NCBI GenBank assembly: GCA_019358915.1
Contig: JAHHIM010000006.1
Span: 96,001-160,000 of the forward strand
Direction: 5' to 3'
DNA length: 64,000 nucleotides
DNA from: Trichormus sp. ATA11-4-KO1
GTDB lineage: Bacteria > Cyanobacteriota > Cyanobacteriia > Cyanobacteriales > Nostocaceae
Shown here: in pieces, positions 18,651 through 27,395 of the stretch
How the letters are laid out: each line of letters starts with the position of its first letter
How positions within the stretch are numbered: position 1 is the stretch's first letter
Program-made: the position numbers and the translations under genes
The notes under the pieces: model-generated
Told to the model about the DNA's origin: nothing
Seen by the model: only the letters and a program-made list of their open reading frames with translations
The model's database searches: none

Positions 18651-19784
18651 CTAAACCACAAAACTCTCAGTAAAACTGGCATTTTGGAGAACAACACTGA
18701 CACTGAAGCGATCGCCTGGGTCAGCTGTAAACTTAAATTGTATATAGTCGTCTTGTGGACGTATTTCTACTTCAAAAAAGGAATTTCCGGTTTCGTCCAA
18801 CCCGATTAATTTCAATCCTGATGGTAGCGAAGACGGTTTTTCTAGTTGATACAATCGCAAGAGAATTAACACTCTATTATCTAACTTGGGCAAAATACCC
18901 ACCATCAGTAAGACAGGATATCCCAGCAGGTAAATGCCTAAATCTTTCCCACTGATTACCGGAGAGGCGGGATGTTGGGGATTAAGTTCCCACAGAACTT
19001 CAGCCGCTTGCCAACGAATTTCGTCATCTTGAGTAGTTTGGATGAGATTTTCCAAAGCTGCTGGGAAATCCAGGTTAACTGAAATGGGTTGTACCAAATT
19101 ACGCGTATGTCGGCGATAGAGTTGTTCAACTCGTTGGCGAATGGGGTCATTACTGCGTTGTAGTTGCATCTGTGACCCACAAAATTTTAAAGTTGCTTTT
19201 TGGATATTATTCAGTAAATCTTTTGGGGGTTGCCAATCGGATTCAAATATGCGTTTGCGCCATTCTTGCAGTTGGACAATTGGTTGTGGCGATCGCTCTG
19301 AGGTCAAATGCTCTAGAAATACATCAAGTGGTTGAAAATAACTGCGTGGTAATTCCGACACTGAGACGGATTCTACAAATCCTACAATTTGTCCCTCTTG
19401 GTAAGGTTCATCGAGTTGAATGATGACGTAGCCAATGCGTTCTGACCAAACTTCTGCGGGAATTAGACATTTGCGATCGCCTTGACGTAGGGAACGACAC
19501 TCTAAAAAGCCTGACAATGCTGGAATATATAAATCAGCAACGTTTTCTAACAGACGTTCTAGAGGATTCCAACTATGACTAACTTCTAAATCGGTATCAA
19601 TTCCCAACAGTTGCAAACAACGCTGAGTCACCAACACAGCTAAGGTATTCCGATAAACTTGCTCTGATCGTTTTGGGGTTGGCTGTTGTTGAGCAAACTG
19701 ATAGGCTTGTTGGCGATCGCTAGCTGTAATGGGAATAGCAATCGGGGTGAATTTTGTAGCGGTATCAATCATGATTCGTATCAA
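18651..19784 (-). CDS. DUF1822 family protein
   Basis: QFAQQQPTP...QVYRNTLAV, SHSWNP, VADL, LECR, IPAEVWSERIGYV, DDYIQFKF...GDRFSV...TESFVV pattern recognised from cyanobacterial DUF1822 proteins. Start may be 19772. Confidence 0.8.
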   Translation of the reverse strand: MIRIMIDTATKFTPIAIPITASDRQQAYQFAQQQPTPKRSEQVYRNTLAVLVTQRCLQLLGIDTDLEVSHSWNPLERLLENVADLYIPALSGFLECRSLRQGDRKCLIPAEVWSERIGYVIIQLDEPYQEGQIVGFVESVSVSELPRSYFQPLDVFLEHLTSERSPQPIVQLQEWRKRIFESDWQPPKDLLNNIQKATLKFCGSQMQLQRSNDPIRQRVEQLYRRHTRNLVQPISVNLDFPAALENLIQTTQDDEIRWQAAEVLWELNPQHPASPVISGKDLGIYLLGYPVLLMVGILPKLDNRVLILLRLYQLEKPSSLPSGLKLIGLDETGNSFFEVEIRPQDDYIQFKFTADPGDRFSVSVVLQNASFTESFVV

Positions 19785-19812
19785 AGAAAATATCTGGAAA
19801 CTTTAGAGGACA

Positions 19813-20526
19813 TTATTCAGACAACAACTGTTTAAAAATCCGGAAACAGCGTGTGCGACAAAATCTTTTCAGTGATGATGCTGCAACTCCATAATTTTGA
19901 GCGATCGTATCCCAAGAAAATTTTTCTGTTTCTGAATCGCGCAACACTATTAATATCTGCGTCAACACAATCTGACAGTTGACATGAGGATGTTTCTGCA
20001 TTTGACAATTTTTGAGTAAATGCGGATTATTTTGCACTAACTCTAGCCATTCTTTGATCGTTTGCTTCAAAGGAGGAAGAGGAGGCGGATAAATCCATTC
20101 GTTATCTTCTCTATCTGGAGGAAGACGTAAACGATTTTTCTCTTCCTTGGCTCTTTCTCGAATGACATCTAGAATCATCCATCTCAGCTTTTGGTTAAAC
20201 CAGGTAACAAAGCTGGCCTTTTCTGGGTTATACCTCTGACAAAAATCTTCTAAAAACCATACCCAAGTTCGTGATAGTGCTTCACTATAGACATCTGGTG
20301 ATATCCTATTGCCACACCAAATCAATCGAGAAGAAGTCATCATTGTGATGATAAAAGTCTTAACTTGATTTGGGTCATCAGGTTGACACGCTTGCTCAAA
20401 TAGCCATTGACGAGCAGGAATATCGTTGATAATTTCCTGGAGCTTTTGACGGTGCTGTAATAGCCTGCTCTTTTCAATTGGGTCATTAAAAGCAGCTTGC
20501 AGTAAATCCCTCAAGTCATTACACAT
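19813..20526 (-). CDS. Divergent sigma70-family (region 2 plus HTH) protein
   Basis: YSEALSRTW...RYNPEKASFVTWFNQKLRWMILD resembles sigma region 2.2-2.4; C-terminal SWDTIAQNYGVAASSLKRF HTH. Confidence 0.72.
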   Translation of the reverse strand: MCNDLRDLLQAAFNDPIEKSRLLQHRQKLQEIINDIPARQWLFEQACQPDDPNQVKTFIITMMTSSRLIWCGNRISPDVYSEALSRTWVWFLEDFCQRYNPEKASFVTWFNQKLRWMILDVIRERAKEEKNRLRLPPDREDNEWIYPPPLPPLKQTIKEWLELVQNNPHLLKNCQMQKHPHVNCQIVLTQILIVLRDSETEKFSWDTIAQNYGVAASSLKRFCRTRCFRIFKQLLSE

Positions 20527-20674
20527 AAGGGTTATCCAGACCCAATCAATTCAGGTTTGAATTTCATGACAGTACCTAACCTCCCCTTACTTGCCTAGTA
20601 GGTTATCGGAAGTAGAAACTGGAATATTCCCAATTGTTTACAAAATGTTATTTATTAAGGCGAGATAGGAGAAA

Positions 20675-20744
20675 TGAGTGCCTTTCTGAGTGCTTCCTTC
20701 CTGAGTGCGCTTGCCCTGAGCGAAGTCGCAGGGGAGTGCTGAGT
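20675..20744. repeat. GCTGAGT heptamer cluster with the 24-nt element (20710-20733, reverse orientation)
   Basis: CTTGCCCTGAGCGAAGTCGCAGGG inside TGAGTGC units. Confidence 0.85.
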
Positions 20745-20793
20745 GAGGAGTAGGAATTTAACCTCCTACTTCCCCCTATTCCCCACTCCCTAA

Positions 20794-22005
20794 CTAACGC
20801 AATGATTCAATTGTCGGTGAACCATCAGATTTAATCCAAGCAATTTGGGCAATACCGCGATCGCTTGCGTATTGCCTAATAGCTTGTGTATCTCTGCCGC
20901 CCAAGTCCATTTCTACACGTACCAAGTTAGTAGAATCACGCAGTTTTTGTGCGTAGGCAAAGGCGGCAGCCTCAGCAGTTGGTGTTTCTGCTACTACTAA
21001 CCAGTTACTCGCTGGGGTTGCCTGGGGTAATTGCTGAGTAGATAAAAGAACTTGGTATAAATCTTCGATGTTGAGGACAAAACCAATTCCGGGGATGTTT
21101 TCTCCTTGGGGATGATACAGTCCCAAAAGCTTGTCGTAGCGCCCACCGCGCCCTAAAACCCTTGCTTGCGACCCAGTATCACTGACAACTTCAAAGACTA
21201 TACCTGTGTAGTAATCTATAGTTTGGATCAGGCTAAGGTCAAGAATTAAAGGAAATTCCCCTTCCGATTTTAATAACTCTACCAGAGATTTAAGGTTATT
21301 TACTATCTCTTGTTGTTCTGCGTCTAAACCTAAGCTACTAACTTTTTGCAAGACATCAGCACTGTCACCGCGCAGATCCATCATGATTCTGGCGCGATCG
21401 CGCAATTCATCGCTCAGGGGTAAAGTATCTATGGCAATGCGGTCGAGATGGGCGATCGCACTGCGAACTTTAGCTTGGAGATGAGCGGGAAAGGCATCAA
21501 GGAGCGATCGCGTGATTCCCGCTTCGCCTAGAATCAAATGCCAATTCTGCAAACCCAGCGCTGACAAACAATTTGCCGCTAATAGCAGCACTTCTGCATT
21601 GGACAGCAATCCGCCGACACCCAACAACTCAACCCCAGCTTGATAAAACTCTTGCTGGCGATTGTGCCTGTTTTCCCAGGTACGGCGGAAGACGTTGGCA
21701 TTGTAGTACAAGCGTTGCGGATAAGTAACACCTGCCATCCGCGTGACAACTGCACGAGCAATGGAGGCTGTCAATTCTGGACGCAATCCTAACTCTTCAT
21801 CTTCAGTACTTTGCAGTTGAATCACCATTTGGCGTTGAATTGCTTCCCCTGCCATCAATGTATCCATTCGTTCCAACGTCGAAGTGATAATCCTGTGATA
21901 TCCCCAACGATGAAACACCTGCTGTAACCTATCTTCAATCCAGCGTTTTTGAGCCACATCTAAAGGTAATAAATCCCTGGCTCCCGCTGCTGGTTGATAC
22001 ACCAT
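20794..22005 (-). CDS. hisZ: ATP phosphoribosyltransferase regulatory subunit
   Basis: GARDLLP, LRPELTASIARA, RLYYNANVFR, EFYQAGVELLG, YYTGIVF, GGRYD. Confidence 0.95.
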   Translation of the reverse strand: MVYQPAAGARDLLPLDVAQKRWIEDRLQQVFHRWGYHRIITSTLERMDTLMAGEAIQRQMVIQLQSTEDEELGLRPELTASIARAVVTRMAGVTYPQRLYYNANVFRRTWENRHNRQQEFYQAGVELLGVGGLLSNAEVLLLAANCLSALGLQNWHLILGEAGITRSLLDAFPAHLQAKVRSAIAHLDRIAIDTLPLSDELRDRARIMMDLRGDSADVLQKVSSLGLDAEQQEIVNNLKSLVELLKSEGEFPLILDLSLIQTIDYYTGIVFEVVSDTGSQARVLGRGGRYDKLLGLYHPQGENIPGIGFVLNIEDLYQVLLSTQQLPQATPASNWLVVAETPTAEAAAFAYAQKLRDSTNLVRVEMDLGGRDTQAIRQYASDRGIAQIAWIKSDGSPTIESLR

Positions 22006-22955
22006 TATTTTTTCTTCCCACCAAACAAACCACCAAACAAACCGCCACCCCCAGACTTATCTGGTTGCTGACTTCCCACCGTCCGAGGTGAAGTCACTTT
22101 CGAGCCACTAGATTGTTGCCCCAAAGCCTTTTCTATTTTAGGTTTCCATGTCAACGCTATTTCATCTTTAGGGTCTAATTTCAGAGCATTATCAAAGTGA
22201 ATTTTGGCCATTTTTAGCTGATTTTGCTTTAAATACACCAAAGCAATCAAACTATGACAATGACTATTCTTCGGTTCTAGCTTCAGAGCATCTTGTAACT
22301 CCACCTTGGCTTGGACAAATTGGTTTTTGTCAATCAAAGTTTGAGCGCGACGGATATATTGCTCTACAGCCGAATCTTCTTTTGGTGGGGCTGGTGGGGG
22401 TGGAGGTGCTGTATTTGGCTTGGGCACACTTGAGTTACTGGCAGATTTTGCAGGTGAAACTGGCGCTGTGGCAGCTTTGCCAGCACTCCGCATCAAGTAA
22501 ACTAGATTTAATTCGCTGATTTGGGCTATGACTTGAATTGATTGCGGCAACGAGTCATATTGAGTTGCGGCCATTTTCGCGATCGCACTTCTATAGCAAT
22601 GATCAATATTAGGCGCAGCAGCTAACTGTTTAGCTAAGTCGCTACTCAATTCCACCGAAGCAGATTCTTGAACCAAACGCTTGCCCATTTGAGACAAAAC
22701 TATGATGTATTCTGCGCGACTGCTTTCTGCTGACAGTTTTTCGTAAGCTGGGTTAACCAACTTTGATAATAATTCATTAGCTAGCTGTTTTTCCGCCCCC
22801 GAGCTAATAGTGCTGCTATCAGGGTGCAGGCGGCGAGCAATTTGCAGATAACGTTTGCGTATATCTTTTACATCCGCATCAACAGAAACACACAAAATTG
22901 CGTGATGGTCTATGAAATCATATTTAAACAATCCAATATCTATTTTTAAAGACAT
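22005..22955 (-). CDS. J-domain protein with C-terminal TPR
   Basis: ARRLHPD J-domain motif, Pro-rich linker, TPR pair. Start taken at MSLKID. Confidence 0.88.
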   Translation of the reverse strand: MSLKIDIGLFKYDFIDHHAILCVSVDADVKDIRKRYLQIARRLHPDSSTISSGAEKQLANELLSKLVNPAYEKLSAESSRAEYIIVLSQMGKRLVQESASVELSSDLAKQLAAAPNIDHCYRSAIAKMAATQYDSLPQSIQVIAQISELNLVYLMRSAGKAATAPVSPAKSASNSSVPKPNTAPPPPPAPPKEDSAVEQYIRRAQTLIDKNQFVQAKVELQDALKLEPKNSHCHSLIALVYLKQNQLKMAKIHFDNALKLDPKDEIALTWKPKIEKALGQQSSGSKVTSPRTVGSQQPDKSGGGGLFGGLFGGKKK

Positions 22956-23078
22956 AGAGCGGTTTTGCACCAAAGGAGCCGTTAGATTTTTTCTAGTTTA
23001 CTTCGCGTAAACGGTGATTTGTAAGGTGGGTAGGCATTGGGCATTGGGAAAATTATTTTCCCTATCCCCTTGTCCCCC

Positions 23079-23891
23079 TCACTTCCAGCTTGATAAGGGT
23101 GGAACTTTTACCAATTCATGACTTAGGTAGTCGTGGATTTTACCATTGGTTGCGAGAATTCTCCCTGATGCAATTTTGCAGGGAGTACCATCATAGGCAG
23201 TGACTTTACCGCCAGCCTCTTGTGGTAAAATTACACCAGCGACAACATCCCAAGGTGAAATTCCCCTTTCCCAGTAACCATCGACACGCCCACAGGCAAC
23301 ATAGGCTAAATCTAAGGCTGCGGAACCGCTACGCCTAACGCCTTGGGTGAGATGGGTGAGGTGACAAAATTCCGCGTAGTTGTTATCTGATGTTTCCCGG
23401 CGATCATAAGCAAATCCCGTTACTAATAGACTTTTACTCAGTTCAGATGTTTCGGAAACCTTAATTGAGCGACGATTGCGCGTTGCACCCAATCCAGTTG
23501 CCGCCCGGAATAACTCATCGTGAAGAGGGTCATAAATTACACCAACTTGCGGCATACCATTAATTAATAACCCAATGGAAACAGCAAAAGCGGGGTATTG
23601 GTGAGCATAGTTGGTTGTACCATCTAAAGGGTCAATTGCCCAGAGATACTCATTATCTTGATTTCCCAGTTTCCCCGATTCTTCAGCCAAAATAGAGTGC
23701 TGAGGAAAGTGGCGACGCAAAACTTCTAAAATCACCACTTCCGAGGCTTTATCGGCAGCAGTGACTAAATCACCAGGACGACCTTTTTCAGTAATGGCAT
23801 CTTCTAATTTACCCAAATAATCCTGCAAAACCTTACCCGCAGACAGCGCCGCTTCCGTAGCAATATCGAGAAAAATTTGTAAATTAGTCAT
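23079..23891 (-). CDS. Inositol monophosphatase family protein (SuhB-like)
   Basis: DLVTAAD, WAIDPLDGTTNY, RRSGSAALDL, PWDVVAG. Confidence 0.95.
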   Translation of the reverse strand: MTNLQIFLDIATEAALSAGKVLQDYLGKLEDAITEKGRPGDLVTAADKASEVVILEVLRRHFPQHSILAEESGKLGNQDNEYLWAIDPLDGTTNYAHQYPAFAVSIGLLINGMPQVGVIYDPLHDELFRAATGLGATRNRRSIKVSETSELSKSLLVTGFAYDRRETSDNNYAEFCHLTHLTQGVRRSGSAALDLAYVACGRVDGYWERGISPWDVVAGVILPQEAGGKVTAYDGTPCKIASGRILATNGKIHDYLSHELVKVPPLSSWK

Positions 23892-23960
23892 TTGTCATTA
23901 GTCATTGGTCATTGGGCATTCTTCTTGTCTCCTACTCAGCACTCAGGAAGGAAGCACTTT

Positions 23961-24494
23961 CTATAGATTCCGCCGCCGAAACTCAGCAGGAGGGACACGC
24001 ATGGGTTTTTCTGGGTGCCAAATTCCTTTTCCCATGAGTCTAGCCCATTGTTGAGCGCGTTCCAAGCGCTGGTCATATTTGTGGTTAGGCGATCGCCCCA
24101 CAAACAACGCATACCCTTGTTTGACTACTTGTTCATTCAATAACTGCTGATCTCTCCATACATAAGCCAAAGTCCGCCCAATTTTGTCTTTGGCTTCAAG
24201 ATCAAATTCCAGGGTTACGGGTTTTTCTAGATCACCAATTAACTTCTCTAAAAGTTGCCTGGCTTCATCTCCCCAAGGCTGTTGTTGCAAATCTGGTGCA
24301 TCAATTCCCACTAATCGGACTCGGGAAATCAAATTTGGTTGTTCAGCCATGCCTAAAACTTCCAAACTTTGCCCACTGACTACCCGCGCTACTTTCACCT
24401 GCACCTGATTGCTTGCAGATTGATTGTTACCTTGACAACTCACCAGCAGCAGCAAGCAACCTAAAATGACTATTTTTCGCACCCAGAGATCCAC
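23961..24494 (-). CDS. Thermonuclease (SNase-fold) lipoprotein
   Basis: LLVSC lipobox, VRLVGIDAP, DKIGRTLAYVW, GIW. The GTG at 24494 is preferred because the upstream extension is repeat-derived. Confidence 0.85.
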   Translation of the reverse strand: MDLWVRKIVILGCLLLLVSCQGNNQSASNQVQVKVARVVSGQSLEVLGMAEQPNLISRVRLVGIDAPDLQQQPWGDEARQLLEKLIGDLEKPVTLEFDLEAKDKIGRTLAYVWRDQQLLNEQVVKQGYALFVGRSPNHKYDQRLERAQQWARLMGKGIWHPEKPMRVPPAEFRRRNL

Positions 24495-24555
24495 AAGCGC
24501 CACCAGAGTTATAATTTTTACCTTTGCGTCTCTGCGTCTTTGCGCGAACAAAATC

Positions 24556-24924
24556 TTAATCCTCATCTAAAGGTAAACCCGCCTTAACTCTACCCTTAGC
24601 AAAATAGCGCCCAAACTGGAGTTCATAAACCTCATCCTCATCTTGAGTTTCCACCTCCAAGTCAGAACGGGCATAACTCACACATAACAAAGCATAACCT
24701 TGCCGCCGCAACTCCGGTGACAATCCGACTGCCTCTGGTTGGTAAATTTCTCCAGACAATACTCTAACAGCACAAGTTGTGCAAGCTCCATTACGGCAAG
24801 AAAACGGTAGTTCCACCCCTTGCTGTTCGGCAGTGTGCAGGATGTAGCGGTCTTCTGGAACTTGGAGGGTAAATTCTTTACCAGTGGCGCGATCGCGGAT
24901 TTTAATTGTGTATGTACGGGACAT
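24556..24924 (-). CDS. 2Fe-2S ferredoxin with C-terminal extension (Fed2/FdC2-type)
   Basis: LPFSCRNGACTTC...LLC and DEVYELQFGRYF tail. Confidence 0.92.
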   Translation of the reverse strand: MSRTYTIKIRDRATGKEFTLQVPEDRYILHTAEQQGVELPFSCRNGACTTCAVRVLSGEIYQPEAVGLSPELRRQGYALLCVSYARSDLEVETQDEDEVYELQFGRYFAKGRVKAGLPLDED

Positions 24925-25033
24925 TTTGATTTGAGGTTGGGGAATTTAACTTTTCAGCTTTAATCTAAGTTATGTCTGCTTCTATCTTTGCATTTTTCAG
25001 GATTTCGTAGTACAATCGTAAATCGTGGCACCT

Positions 25034-25120
25034 GGAGAGGTGGCCGAGTGGTTGAAGGCGCAGACCTGGAAAGTCTGTTATGCGGAAACGTATACGAGGG
25101 TTCGAATCCCTCCCTCTCCG
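25034..25120 (+). tRNA. trnS-GGA: tRNA-Ser (anticodon GGA)
   Basis: Acceptor GGAGAGG/CCTCTCC plus G, D-loop TGGCCGAGTGGTTGAAGGC, anticodon arm CAGAC-CTGGAAA-GTCTG, long variable arm, T-loop GGTTCGAATCC; no encoded CCA. Confidence 0.96.
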
Positions 25121-25194
25121 TTTTTAAATTTCTTACTAGATCAGCATTCTAGCGAGTTTTCCACCAATCATTTTCATAACTTGGTTGGATGGGC

Positions 25195-25219
25195 AAAAGG
25201 AGGGGTATGATGCCCTCCT
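25195..25219 (-). terminator. Intrinsic terminator for the 25242-25619 gene
   Basis: AGGAGGG/CCCTCCT stem followed by a T-run on the minus strand. Confidence 0.55.
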
Positions 25220-25241
25220 ACACTTCAACAAATTTAAATCC

Positions 25242-25619
25242 TTACATTCCCAGTAAGCTAATTACCTCCTCTAAGTGATTCTTAGCTTTATAGATAGCAA
25301 TCAGTTTTTCCTGGTCATATCTGGCTGGTATTGTCATTCTCCTGCCCTCAAATGAGATTCTTAGCAGTGCTGCTTGCTCTGTTGTGGGGCTACCCATCTC
25401 ATCTAACGTGCTACCTATCTCTTGCAAGCTAGCAAATGATGGTGATTTCAACCCTTCACCTTTTTCTAGTTGATGTATTGCTAATACTGGAAATGCCATC
25501 AGGGATGTGATGTAGCTGGTTTTGTATCCACCATTCCCAGTGGGTCGCAAACCGTATCGATTACAGAGAATTTTTAACTGTGGAACGCTCAACAGTTCAA
25601 GTTCAGTACGAGTGAACAT
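25242..25619 (-). CDS. Hypothetical protein with an N-terminal SAP/HeH-like motif
   Basis: MFTRTELELLSVPQLKILCNRYGLRPTG resembles helix-extension-helix nucleic-acid binding modules; AAGAGG RBS-like sequence upstream. Confidence 0.65.
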   Translation of the reverse strand: MFTRTELELLSVPQLKILCNRYGLRPTGNGGYKTSYITSLMAFPVLAIHQLEKGEGLKSPSFASLQEIGSTLDEMGSPTTEQAALLRISFEGRRMTIPARYDQEKLIAIYKAKNHLEEVISLLGM

Positions 25620-25649
25620 AGAATAGTAATGCCTCTTTTTAAAAGTGGT

Positions 25650-25690
25650 ATCGGTAGGTAACAAGTTTCTCAGGCTGATTACCTACCGAT
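25650..25690. promoter_or_regulatory. Perfect 12-bp inverted repeat between divergent genes
   Basis: ATCGGTAGGTAA-N17-TTACCTACCGAT. Confidence 0.6.
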
Positions 25691-25748
25691 TAAATAGTCT
25701 AATTAGTTGTGTACATCTGATTCAAGCATTAGTTATATTTCTAAACAG

Positions 25749-25940
25749 ATGCCCAATCCTAAAGGAACCCCAGAAAATTTAGAACCATCAAAACCAAAGG
25801 GTGATGAACCTATGACGGCAACTGTTAGCTTTAGATGTACTGAATCAATGAAGGAAGCTGTTAAATCTCAAGCAGACCCTCCTGAATTTTGCCGTCAAGC
25901 TATCCAAGAGAAACTAGACAAGAACAAGTCTTCCTCATGA
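25749..25940 (+). CDS. Small ribbon-helix-helix-like (CopG-like) protein
   Basis: MPNPKGTPENL N-terminus, beta-strand TVSFRC, then two helices (ESMKEAV; EFCRQAIQEKL). Confidence 0.6.
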   Translation: MPNPKGTPENLEPSKPKGDEPMTATVSFRCTESMKEAVKSQADPPEFCRQAIQEKLDKNKSSS

Positions 25941-25976
25941 AGATGGGCGTAATTAGCCTGCTAATCACATTTGTGT

Positions 25977-26038
25977 ACTCAGCACTCCCCTTCGACTTCG
26001 CTCAGGGCAAGCGCACTCAGCACTCAGCACTCAGCACT
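25977..26038. repeat. ACTCAGC array with the 24-nt element at 25988-26011
   Basis: ACTC-CCCTTCGACTTCGCTCAGGGCAAG-CGC-ACTCAGC repeats. Confidence 0.9.
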
Positions 26039-26931
26039 AAGTGTGGTAAAAACCGCCGAATTAATCCAATAGTCACTGCGGGTAGTTCCAACTGTGGCGT
26101 TAAACCCACATTTTCCAACGGTTGAAATACTCGGATAGCTTGGGGATTTTTCTCAGCTAGACGACGACCAATTTCGGGGCCAGTAAATTCTGACTGTTGT
26201 CCCCAAATAATTGCGGTGGGAATTGTCAACTGTTGAATGTATAAGGACAAATCAAAACACAAGTCGCCACGCACAAAAGATAACGCCGCATATTCAGCAT
26301 TCGGTTGTAGGGCAGATTGTAAATAAGCCTCAACAATTTCTGCGTATATGCGATTGGGTTGGGCAAATTGCCGTTGCTCTAAAAAGCTACGAATACCGCC
26401 ACTAGTGGCGATTCCAGTGCTGTAGAGCAAACGATCAAGCACCGGAACTTTGACTATTTGGGCAAACAAGCTGCGAGAATAATCTTCGCCAAAATCGGCA
26501 AGTCCGGCGGGTGTGACGAGAATTAAAGACTTGAATAAATCAGGATGGGCGATCGCGACGCGAATTGTCAAGGCCGCAGTTAGAGAAGAGGCGATCGCTG
26601 TTACGGGGCCTGTACAAGTCTGCTGGAAAAACTCCCGAATCGTCGTCAAATAATCGTCAATGCTGTAATTCCGTACTGGATGCTCAGACCTACCCCAACC
26701 TATTAAATCTGGTGCGAGGATGCGATATTCCGCCGCAAAAGCCGGATAAACTTTTGACCACTCATAGGCAGAAGACCCACCACCAAAGCCGTGCAGGAAC
26801 ACCAAAGTTTCTTTGTCGTCATTTTGGGAAGAGGCCTGATCCTGCCAAGGTGAGCTAGTAGCAGTATAGTAAACCATCTTACCCAGTGAAGTTATTATGG
26901 AACGTTGCTCAAATCCTTGTGGCTGAAACAT
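26017..26931 (-). CDS. Alpha/beta-fold hydrolase
   Basis: LVFLHGFGGG, APDLIGWGRS, IASSLT; conserved cyanobacterial family. Confidence 0.9.
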   Translation of the reverse strand: MFQPQGFEQRSIITSLGKMVYYTATSSPWQDQASSQNDDKETLVFLHGFGGGSSAYEWSKVYPAFAAEYRILAPDLIGWGRSEHPVRNYSIDDYLTTIREFFQQTCTGPVTAIASSLTAALTIRVAIAHPDLFKSLILVTPAGLADFGEDYSRSLFAQIVKVPVLDRLLYSTGIATSGGIRSFLEQRQFAQPNRIYAEIVEAYLQSALQPNAEYAALSFVRGDLCFDLSLYIQQLTIPTAIIWGQQSEFTGPEIGRRLAEKNPQAIRVFQPLENVGLTPQLELPAVTIGLIRRFLPHLVLSAEC

Positions 26932-27395
26932 AATTATTTGTGAAATTTCTGTTATGTTTGCTGGGTGCTGCTGATAATTGCTTCACCCTAAAAAGCTTAC
27001 TCATGCAAATCAAACTCCCCACAATTGTTATTATCAGCGAACCAATAATTTTGACACCTCTGGCCACCGTCAGATTAAGTAGATGTAAAATTACTGCCTC
27101 AGTTATAAAGTTTTAGTGATTTTTTTTTCAAGCTTCGGAAATCGATTTGCTTTTAATTACCAATATACAAAGGTTTTTGCGACTTTATACTAGTAAATAG
27201 TATCACCTATTAGAGAATTACTAGATGAATTTTCATGGTACTCTATCAGAAAAATCACGGTTAATTTTCAACGTCCGAAATAGTCGCAATGCTCATCAAG
27301 AAAGGTTATTATTTATAGTTCTGCACACAAAAAGAATAGCTTTTAATTTAATTAATCTTTTTATATTTCTCTAGTTAATAAACAGGCGGGGTGTC

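Noticed and set aside
24495..24566. N-terminal extension of the thermonuclease
   Set aside because: It is encoded by a CGCAAAGA-type repeat also seen at 9261-9286; the signal peptide starts at GTG 24494.
25025..25210. 61-aa ORF
   Set aside because: It overlaps the tRNA-Ser gene.
25121..26020. Prophage or attR at tRNA-Ser
   Set aside because: No integrase, structural genes or duplicated tRNA 3' end are visible; kept only as a small cassette finding.
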